Assembly: GCA_951406725.2 (NCBI GenBank)
Contig: OX597828.1
Location: 67,456,001 to 67,520,000, forward strand
Direction: 5' to 3'
Length of the DNA stretch: 64,000 nt
Source of the DNA: Octopus vulgaris
Lineage: Eukaryota
Position numbers and translations under genes: made by a program. Positions 54,007-64,000 of this stretch are shown here, in pieces. The stretch's first letter is position 1; each line of letters starts with the position of its first letter. The notes below the pieces were generated by a model, which saw nothing but the letters and a program-made list of their open reading frames with translations, made no database searches and was not told the DNA's origin.

Positions 54007-54242
54007 TGTTTCTTTACTACCCACAAGGGGCTAAACACAGAGGAGACAAACAAGGACAGACAAACGGATTAAGTCGATTACATCGACCCCAGTGCGTAAC
54101 TGGTACTTAATTTTATCGACCCCGAAAGGATGAAAGGCAAAGTCGACCTCGGCGGAATTTGAACTCAGAACGTAACGGCAGACGAAATACGGCTACGCAT
54201 TTCACCCGGCGTGCTAACGTTTCTGCCAGCTCGCCGCCTTGA
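54007..54242 (-). mobile_element. SINE family A, full length, perfect 18-bp TSD
   Basis: agagcagctcatcttacc at 53989-54006 and 54243-54260. Confidence 0.95.
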
Positions 54243-55805
54243 AGAGCAGCTCATCTTACCGTCGAATGACGACCATCGCAGAGGATTCGCTAAGTCGCAG
54301 CCGATTTTCGGAGTAGACATAACCTGGGTTTGAAGGGGTGAGGTGCAGCCTCTTTAACTATTTCCAATACTAGTGGAATAACGAGAGGGATAAATGCTTC
54401 GACCAAAAACCTTCTTTCGATGTTTTCATCAGAAGCGACTTTAAGCAACTCAAGGATGTTTTTAATCGAGCAATGGATCAAATATAGCAAATATAACACC
54501 ACGGGCTTCCATACAGTTTCCGTCCACCCAGTTTCACTTACAGGTTGTTGGCCAATAGATTAGTGTTTGGCAGAAGATACTCGTCTAGATTTGTCCATCC
54601 AATTACCATCCAATTCTACAAAAAGCATCAGATTCGGTTCACCACACTCTTAAGGAGTGGAACTTTGACATTTGTGGCATATTAGTTAATCCAATTACAA
54701 AAGTTTGAGTTACCCCATTAAAAACAACACAATCCTATGCCGCCACATAGAATGAATTGTCTGAAGGAGACATGCTCTGAGGCAGGGTTTCACTTAAGAA
54801 CCGTTTCTATAAAAAGTTTCTCTTATTTATAACTTCCATTCATTTCTTTTCGTATCTGTACTTCCTTATTTTACCATTCTACTACATTAGCAGAAGATAT
54901 AAATATATCACCGAGAAAAAATAAAAAACAAAAAAAGGCCTGCTTAACGAAAGTAAGTCCCTCCAGTAAATTGTTCTGCATCAAATTGGATATCTCCTTC
55001 TTTGCTATCATCGCCAGAAATACAGCGAACAAAGGATTGGTCCATAGGGACATTGGGAATCTGCAATTGACGACGCTGTTGTTCACAATTTTATATATAA
55101 CATTAATAGATAAATAAGTATATTAAAGTCTAAAACACTTTCATAAAAATTTAATTCATAAACTCTTATAAAGCGATCTTTAGTTCCGCATAAACACTTA
55201 TTGTCAAGTTTACTGCAGATGATTTATTTGGGGGTACTTGCCTCCCTCTTTATGCATACTTAATACAAACGTACATACATATAAACATAATAGACACACA
55301 CGTATACATATATGTATGTATGGTTGTATGTATGTGTTTACATATATACGTATATGTGTGTGTGTATGTAGGTATATATATATAAATAAATATAAATATA
55401 AATATATATATATGTGTGTGTGTGTGTGTATATATACATATACATATATATATATTGATTACAAAGTCACGCATGGTTTTAATTGCGATGAGGCTCAGTA
55501 ATAGCCAATTAAACCATAATCTCAATGGTGATCATCTACTCCGTGGGAGTTATAATACTTGATTTGTTTAACAAGGTTAGGTTTTCCCCGTAGATGTCTC
55601 TGAAGTATATGAGGCCGAGGCTGAGTGTGGCATAAATATGTGCATGTATAGTCATGAAGATGTGGGATTATACATTCATAATAAGAGCGTTTCTAAACGA
55701 GAGGGAGGGCATGATCTTCATGTGTATGCGTGTGTGTTTTCATATTGATGTGTGTTTTCATACATATAGACATGCACAGATACATATGTATGTAGAGGTG
55801 CATAC

Positions 55806-55858
<53 letters not shown>

Positions 55859-56020
55859 TATGCATGTATACGTGAATGAACGTTTGCACGTGTGTATCCA
55901 TGCTCGTACAAATGCATGTGCGTGTGTGCATATACATACTCGTTACAAGTTGAAAACATTCTGCATACTTTCATCTTAGTTTCTCATACTTTTTTTACCT
56001 TACACACACACGTTTATATA

Positions 56021-56112
<92 letters not shown>

Positions 56113-56129
56113 TTCAACTACCTATAACA

Positions 56130-57590
56130 CCAGTTGTTGAGATTTGCAAAACTGGAATGGTGCAAACGGTCATCATTCTGAGGGAGTTCAAAGACAAAAA
56201 TACGGAAACAATCGGCTAGATGTTAAGACTGTACAAAAATGGCTCCTATAGAAAGAAACTGATGACATCTTGACATAACTGAAACACCGAGATATAGTGG
56301 GCGCAATTCAAATTGACCGGAAGGAGGTTGTTTGCAATCCAGTTAAACCATTTTCAACGATGACACAGAGAGAGCATAGAGCCGCCATATGTGGCTGTGT
56401 TAAAGGCAAAGAAAGAGAGAAAAACGAACTGCATTTTGATTCAATGCCTTCTGTCATATGACCAATTGGGAAGAAAAGATTATTGGAAGGAAGGTAGGTT
56501 GGAATGAAATCTGACGATGGAGCACATCACGGTTGAATTTCCTCCTTCAAGCTGCCTGTGATGAGCAGCCATCCCCTCGCAATCAGTTCAGATGGAAAAA
56601 GAGTGAATAACAATGGTTTTGGAAAAGTATACATGGAGGTCCTCAAAATTCTTTATAGTGCCACTAAGAAGTAGAATGAAGCAATCAGTGGTAACAAGAA
56701 CCCGCAGAAGGATGGTAGTAAACGGTTTATCACGTTTGTGTGTCAAGATCAAGGTGGCTGCCCAAAACAAGAAAAGCGTGAATGATGAGAGCTAGGACCG
56801 AGTATGGGAGGTAGCAGCAGATCTTTCAGGGTGTGAACGCCTCTTTTCAATATCAATAAGGAAGGAGCCGGATATGACGGCGAACTGGCAGAAACGTTAG
56901 CACGCCGGGCGAAATGCGTAGCCCTATTTCGTCTGCCGCTACGTTCTGAGTTCAAATTCCGCCGAGGGTGACTTTGCCTTTCATCCTTTCGGGGTCGATA
57001 AATTAAGTACCAGTTACTGACTGGGGTTGATACAATCGACTTAATCCGTGTGTCTGTCCTTGTTTGTCTCCACTATGTTTAGCCCCTTGTTGGTAGTAAA
57101 GAAATAGGTATGGTGTGAGAAACGTAAGATAATACACCTTGTTGAATCAGCTGTTCAACGCAAAAATAATATAGTTGCAGCCCTGGTTAGAAAAGCCGAG
57201 CGCTATGAGGCCCTACTAGAATATGGCATTTATGTTGGTTGGAGTGCAATACACTTTCTTACAGAAGTAAAATGTAGGGGTTTTATTCGGATGAGACAGA
57301 GATGGCAGCTGTTATCAATTGGTGTCCAACATCAGGAAGCAAACACCATCTTGAAGGATGCCACAGCATTTGTTAAGAGGGCTTAGCCACTGGATATGGC
57401 TGAAAAGGAAATGGTGAAACCTGGCTGGAAATGTTATGATCTTGAAGCGGATTTGAGGTCAAATACTAGTTAGCCGAAACAGTAAATGGAGTCTCACATC
57501 ATTGAGTGAGGTGGTAGTCTGTAAAGCAGTCGAGAAGAAGGCCCTGAAATGGTGCGCATTTTCTGATGACCCCTGAGGCCTACTGGCGTC
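56130..57590 (+). pseudogene. HERO-like RLE non-LTR retrotransposon remnant
   Basis: LKHRDIVGAIQ, RLNFLLQAACDEQPSP, KAERYEAL..GWSAIHFLTEVKCRGFI and SHWIWLKR across broken frames; clade from recalled motifs. Confidence 0.65.
56876..57110 (+). mobile_element. SINE family A nested in the HERO-like LINE
   Basis: Full head, core and gtaaagaaataggtat tail. Confidence 0.9.
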
Positions 57591-58335
57591 AGATATGTGG
57601 AGTTTTCGAATGGCGGCATTTGTTCTACCAAGATGTTTCTATGTCTCATGGATCGATCGATAGATGTTTATACCCAGAGAGAGCCACATACATATGACTC
57701 GTACGAACACGTGCGCACACACACAGTCACACACACACGCACGCACACAGAAATACAAGCACACACATGCTAAACACAAGCCAGTATTGAACTCAATACC
57801 CAGTGATACCAAGCCTTTCCCCTACTTCCTGTTATTGACCCAATTGCAAATACCCGATCACTTTATCGTTCTATTATCATTTTTCAATACATTATTTAAG
57901 ATAAACATATTTGGCCACATTATCGATGTCACAGGCGTACTGATACATACAGGAATCTTTTCAGTCCCTATGGAGGAAGTACCTGGGGTGATACTCGGCT
58001 GTGTTGACAACAACGAGACGATTTCTCAGCAGGGGAGTTTAAGAGGTTATCAAAAATACCAACGACGTTTGCATGATACACAAGAGGGAAACAGGGGTAG
58101 TTAGTCTAACTGAGAGAGTATTGGCGTAATGATTAACGTAGTCGAACGGTATTTGACCGATTCTTGGTCCATCTAATTCTCGTAACCTCATTTTGTCTAC
58201 TATTTTCCATCTTATTCTGTGTTTGTGAATATACAGAAATCTTAACCTTTTGTACTACACACACACCTACGTGCATACATACATATACATATAATGTGTA
58301 TCTATACGTATGAATGCACATGTGTGTGTGTGTGT

Positions 58336-58400
<65 letters not shown>

Positions 58401-58431
58401 CAAAATAAGCAACAAGTATATCCGAGGTAAT

Positions 58432-58517
58432 GTGGTACAATCGTTTCATGCTACTTCATTTTATTAAACACTATAAGTATTAAATCAGTTTTAAAATGTC
58501 GAGCAATCTTCAGCCAC
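58432..58517 (-). ncRNA. Type-I hammerhead with long AT-rich stem II
   Basis: Minus strand GTGG-CTGAAGA-tTGCT..49 nt..AGCAt-GAAA-CGATTG-TA-CCAC; ~35 bp from a (TA)n tract. Confidence 0.65.
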
Positions 58518-58649
58518 TTATAGACATTTTCCAATCAAACGGACAATGCACATTCTTATCTCTATTTAGTTTGCCAGCATTATAAAGAAGGTAGATATAC
58601 ACACAGAGAGGTTGATTTAATTCTTAAGATCATGATAGTATTAAATTTA

Positions 58650-58736
<87 letters not shown>

Positions 58737-59019
58737 CGTAAACTTTAGAGGTCAACATATTACTACGTAAAACGCTTTCAAGAAGCTACCGTGTAAATGT
58801 TACATATAGCGTGGACCGACTATAACGAATTCAGAGAGTAAATACGTTTGAAAATAATAATAATTGCTTATAATATAAGCCTAAAATCTGTGGGAAGGGA
58901 AGTTAGTCGACTACATGGACCCCAGGATTTGACTGGCACTTTATTCTTTCAGTCTCAGAGAATACAGGATTCCAGTCTTCTGTGCTTGTCAGAATTCCGT
59001 ATTTCGGATGTTGTGCCAA

Positions 59020-59810
59020 AGTGCACCAATTAACACAGAGTTAACTGGTGTTTTAGTCGTCACAGCCTCTGGTTCGTGTTCATACCATTTTCCCTGTTAT
59101 TTCAAAACCACATCCTCGGCAAACATCCCAATGCACTCTTTTACCTATACAATCATACAAGTGCTCATTCTCATTTTGCGCTAACTTCCTCCATTCACTG
59201 GGGAGACGACTAGTACTATTATCATTGTTACGCTAGAACATACTAATTTAGTTAGCAGTCATTTTTTTCTTGAGGTTTAGTGACAAAAAGTCTCTTCAAA
59301 TCTCAAGAATCAATCCGCATCTCTTTCAGTTTTTTAGATAAAATTTCATTTGTTGTGCACCAATTACCAAAGGAATAATCTCTTAATCCTCTCGTCTCCT
59401 CAGCTCTCTAGCTAGATCCTGATATTTCTCAACTTCTTTAATTTCTTTAGTATCGATTCTGCTATCATAGGGAACTGCAAACGATGTAAGATATTTCCTG
59501 TTGAACACCCACACTCAGCTAACATCCCAATGCATACTTTTGTCTACACATCCATACTTGCCTTATACTCCGTCTGTGCTAGTATACTGCACTCATTCAA
59601 ACGTTATTGATGCTTTCGTTTCCTTTCCTGCAGATTCTACATTTGTTGTCTAATTGAGTTTTGTCGATCTTTGCCTCCTTTATCAGATATGTTCCAATGG
59701 CTTGTTCCTGAGCGGTTTGTTGTATGAATTGTTCATGCAGTTCCATTTCTTTCCATTTGTTGTTCTTCCTTTTCTCTTTGAATTCTCCTACTGTTTCGGT
59801 CAGTTTTGGG
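59020..59810 (-). pseudogene. Highly decayed R4/Dong-type fragments
   Basis: KLAQNE..IGKRVHWDVC..KWYEHEPEAV-like pieces, present twice. Confidence 0.55.
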
Positions 59811-59847
59811 GTATCTCTCGCTGCCGGTAGTATTCTTTACTCGTAGA

Positions 59848-59848
<1 letters not shown>

Positions 59849-59917
<69 letters not shown>
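59849..59917. repeat. (TTA)n microsatellite
   Basis: Direct. Confidence 0.95.
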
Positions 59918-59918
<1 letters not shown>

Positions 59919-59984
59919 GAAAGACTCTCGGAGAGTTCTTAATTACTGGTTGTTCTTTACTTGAAAGCAGGCAATAATAAATCA

Positions 59985-60588
59985 CAAAAAGTTTCAAGTA
60001 ATGCTTTGTCCTGTGACTCAAAGAGATAATACTCTCCTTAGAATGCGAGCTTCACCCAACAATACTCCCTTCGGGATCACTTTTTCGAGCCTGACAGCAG
60101 CTCCAATATTCTAAATATGTTTGTCAAAGCCTTTGGAAACTGCTCCTAATGCTCCAATTACCACAAGGTATCACCATTACTTTCCTCATGCCCCATAACT
60201 TTCCTATCTCATCCCGCAGTGGCTGGTATTTCTCACTCTTTTCTCTTACCTTACATTTCACCCTCGAATCGCCTGGTATTGCAACATCTATTATCTTTGC
60301 TTCTTCTTCATCTTTATAGATGACCACGATATCAGGCCGACTCGCCTCTATGACTTGATCGCACTGTATGTTAAAATCCCAGAGTATTTTGCAGTGTTCG
60401 TTTTCCATTACTCCCTCTGATTTCTGTTCATGCCATTGTTCGGCTCTCTCGAGGTTTGCTTTATCGCACAACAGCCAGTGGACATATCTAGCCACATTGT
60501 CGTGTCTCCTTTTATGTTTGCGTTGTGCGAGCTTACAGCACTCACTAACAATATGGCTTATACTTTCTCCCTTCTCGGAGCACATCAT
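59985..60588 (-). pseudogene. R4/Dong-clade RLE fragment with 3' end
   Basis: ORF 60124-60588: ESISHIVSEC, RRHDNVA, ILWDFNIQCD, RPDIVV, IIDVAIP, KSEKYQPL. Confidence 0.85.
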
Positions 60589-60589
60589 A

Positions 60590-61620
60590 CACTGTGACTA
60601 TTTTTATTACGTGCTTTCACTGCACTACCGAGTGCAGCTCAGTGTGCCTTGGGTATGTGCTGTGGTTTGTTGTGTATTGAAAGCGTTTTACGTAGGATGT
60701 GTGCAGTGCCTAGTAGTGCTATTTTCTGTATGTTATATATACTTGTTAGTCCTGGAGTTTTCGTTATGCATTTGTCTAAATATATTTTTATCAAACCTAA
60801 TGCGCCTACTATGATAGGAATTGTTTCTGTTTTTAGATTCTGCATTCGAATTACTTCTATTTTCAGATCTTTGTATTTTTAAAGTTTCTCCGTTTCTTTT
60901 AGAGAAACATTGTCATCTGTTGGTATTGATACATCGATTAGAATGCATTTTTTCTGGGTGATCTCTGACAACTATATCCGGCCTATTGGCCTTAATTTCT
61001 CTATCTGTATATATTGGGATATCCCAGAGTATGGTTGCTTTCTCATTTTCTGTGACCTTTTCTGTTGTTATTCCATAGTGTGGCATAGCTTCCAGTGTAT
61101 ATAGGTCCTAACTCTGTTCTGTCTCTGGATATATCTCTTCTTACCCGGCAATAGGCAGCCAGAGACAATATCATTTATTGTTTCTTCTCCATCTCCACTT
61201 ATTCCGCAGTTACTTGTATTTCTTTTCATTACATGTTTTGGTCATTTCTGGTGGGAAGGCTTTGATCTTGTGCTGCAATTAAAAATTCTTCAGTCTCTGC
61301 TTTGAGTCCTGAGCTCCACAGCCATTGCTGGGACTTTGCTTTGTCTGTTACTTTTCATTTTAGTTTAACCTAGTATTTGCCATGAAGGGGCTTTTCTTGC
61401 TATCGTTTTATCATGATCCGTTGCTGTTCCAGTTGTTACTATTATGTATATTCAGTTTGCTTTTGTCATTACAGTTAAAGCCAGAACTTAGCATCATCTT
61501 CAGTTCTGATTCTTCCATTTATCGTACCTCCTCTTTTTTTTTTTTAGAGTCCTGCTTTGTTATTGTTGGATTTTATATTTAATCTTGCTAATTGGTTGAT
61601 CAAAACTATTTTTGCAGAGC
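60590..61620 (-). pseudogene. R4/Dong-clade fragment (another subfamily) with 3' UTR
   Basis: KAETEEFLIAAQDQSLP, ANRPDIVVRD, ILIDVSIP, IPIIVGALG and ALLGTAHILRKTL. Confidence 0.8.
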
Positions 61621-62319
61621 CTTAAGGCATTTGGAAGAGTGCAAAGATGATTTGTCTGCGCGCGTTGTGCGGGTGTGAAAGTGTGTGTGCTTTTCCGACT
61701 GACTTTGTAGTGTCTATGCTAAAGTTAATAATTGCCTCAGCAAAATTTGAAAATAAATCCACGTGTTGTAGATACGTGTGTCTTTTATATAATCAATGAT
61801 TAATTGATCAATGAATCATTAATTATTGCAGGTGTTGCTACTGTAATTGTAAAAGCCCGGTGCATCTTGGGATTTCTTCGTAAGTTTGGTGTTTTGGAAG
61901 AAGTTTCTTTGGCCTTGTGTTGATGCCACTGGTGGTGGTGGTGGTGATAGTAATGTAGCCTAAAGTTCCGTTGATCGAGTATACCAAAAATTAAAGGTGT
62001 TCCGGTGACAGCATTCCCATACCTAATACTATATTATACAATGTATTTTCGTATCTAATTTTGCTGCTCTTTCTATCAAATCAAGCGAATACACCCTCAA
62101 ATAAAACTCCCATCTTGATCTCTATTATAATGTTTTTAATGTATTATTGGCCATCCTTGGACACAACCATCACATATTTTAATCAATTATATCAACATCA
62201 CTTCTTGCTTTTATTGATCTCCTCTTGTCGAATAATTAAGTTGCTGATAAAGACAGACATGAAAAACACCAGCTATTAGACCGATGTAAATGAAAGCACA
62301 GTAATGGACACACAAGACC

Positions 62320-62371
<52 letters not shown>

Positions 62372-62444
62372 AAACAACATATTTACTGATGAGGTAACTT
62401 GATACTAAATCTAGAATTAGTTTTAATTAGCAGCCCAATGTATG

Positions 62445-62482
<38 letters not shown>

Positions 62483-62483
<1 letters not shown>

Positions 62484-62876
62484 TAGCAGTATCGCCCGGC
62501 GTTGCTCGGCGTTGTAAGGGAAATAACTATATAAGCATTTTTAGAGTTATAGCCAAAAAGTAGCAAAAAAATGCATTAAAAATTGAAAAAAAATTAAGGT
62601 AAATTTTTTTTTTAAATCGTTGACACATCGTAGATATTTTTAGAGAGTTACTTCCTTATATAAAAGCGAAAAAAATGCATTAAAATGGAAAAATATGATG
62701 GTAAATTTTTTTTAAATCGTAGACTCATCGTAGACGCGCGCTAATACCCAGAAGGGCTCGATATGAATCACGACTATAAGATACCCGCTTTTGGTTAAAC
62801 TGCACCGCAAAATGTGGGAGTAGTTACGAATCTAAATCGAAGGGGACAGACACACAACTTCACTCTTATATAAAGA
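62483..62876 (-). mobile_element. Non-autonomous Helitron, family H3
   Basis: Minus strand A|TCTTTATATAAGAG 5' end; hairpin gccgagcaacgccgggc; CTAG|T end in (TA)n; internal duplicated sub-repeat. Confidence 0.75.
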
Positions 62877-63660
62877 TGCTTTTTTTTTTTCAGTCATAGA
62901 GTTAGATTTATGAAGGTCTTTAGTAGAAAATCCTTCGAATTCTGACTCGCTGCTTGATATAATGAAATTCGTATCCATTTTTTGTCAGAATTACAAATTT
63001 TGAAAACATAATAGGAACAAATTTCGGAAAAAAATCTCCCATAATTCACGGAATTAAAATTACACTTCGATTTTTGTACAAAACTGTATTTGAAGTGTTT
63101 ACGAAGTATAATACGTGTTTTCACGAATGTACTAAAGAGATTTACTCTGATATTCTCATTCAAATATGAATAGGTAAATTCGGGCGGTTTGGTAACGAAA
63201 GGGTTTATATAAGTGTCGTCTGTTTATACATAAACACTGTTTCATACTTTCAGTTTAGTCTTGCTCAAATCACTCTGTCGCTAATTTACTCTCTTCCAAG
63301 AACATTTTCACTCACTGTTATCTGTTAGCTTCCCATACATTTTACTCATGTATCTATCAGCGTGATAGAGAGAAACAAATATTACATCTAGTTTCACTTT
63401 ATTCGTTACACACTGTGTGTGTGCGTTTGCGTGTGGTGTAAACCAGACTAAGAAAAGCATTTGACACACACACCAGAATGTGAGTTTTCTGTAAATTTTG
63501 CTTAATTGGAGTTTAAATTTTAAAAACTGGACCTGGCATGACGCGATGCATTGTACTCTTAAAAATGCTAGGTAAATTGTAATTGAAGAAATCCTATATT
63601 GTAGATTTGTATAACTCCCAAAGGGAGGCAGATAAAATCTGCCTTTTATAATAAGAGATA

Positions 63661-64000
63661 TACTTTAACTTATCCTTCTCCAACCCTACCCACACCAAGC
63701 TCTTCATCCTCGAACCCCAATTCCTCTGTCTACACACGCTCTGCACTGATGACCATGACTTTGAGACTCAGTCTCAACACATGGCTCGCCACTTCATCCA
63801 ACGTGGAAATTCACTCACCATTATCCACACTGCCCTTGGCCGGGCACGATCTGTGCATCATATCTCTGCTCTTTTTCCTCGTACCCAACTCACCTTTACT
63901 CGTCTCCCGATTTCTCTCACCTACCACTCCTCCACCCTACCCTTCCAACGCATTATTCTCTGAGCCTTCCGGTGACAGCAGCCCGACCCCTCCATCTTGC
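63661..64000 (+). pseudogene. Penelope-like RT C-terminal/thumb fragment
   Basis: NPTHTK..PQFLCLHTLCTDDHDF..MARHFIQRGN..ALGRAR..RLPISLTYH matches the Penelope HP.H.K..SQFLRLRRICS..F..RGY..RIPLVLTYHP pattern. Confidence 0.75.

Noticed and set aside
53660-54490. GC-richer coding-like sequence around the SINE
   Set aside because: The frames I translated contain stops and no motif I recognise; likely an old retroelement but unassignable.
57664-58104. 146-aa ORF as a host exon
   Set aside because: It begins in (CA)n-like repeat and shows no recognisable domain or convincing splice context.

Overview
AT-rich, repeat-saturated eukaryotic intergenic or intronic DNA with one 100-N assembly gap (33964-34063). 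The SINE, LINE and microsatellite content resembles a coleoid cephalopod (Octopus-like) genome; this is an inference from repeat families, not a database match. No intact host gene, rRNA, genuine tRNA or CRISPR array is supported, and nearly all long ORFs are microsatellite artefacts. The window holds at least four tRNA-headed SINE families, decayed LINEs (R4/Dong-type, HERO-type, RTE, L1/Tx1), Penelope-like fragments (GIY-YIG and RT), a deleted Tc1, mariner, hAT and Merlin-like non-autonomous elements, and three families of non-autonomous Helitrons. The main hidden signal is about eight type-I hammerhead ribozyme motifs, found by eye, mostly from unrelated families and with short, usually palindromic stem III. 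They include one inside a highly structured ~255-nt retrozyme-like element and an inverted pair with a non-canonical U4 position. A second oddity is a Helitron whose terminal hairpin loop is flipped relative to sister copies and whose 3' junction is amplified into ten 18-bp repeats.
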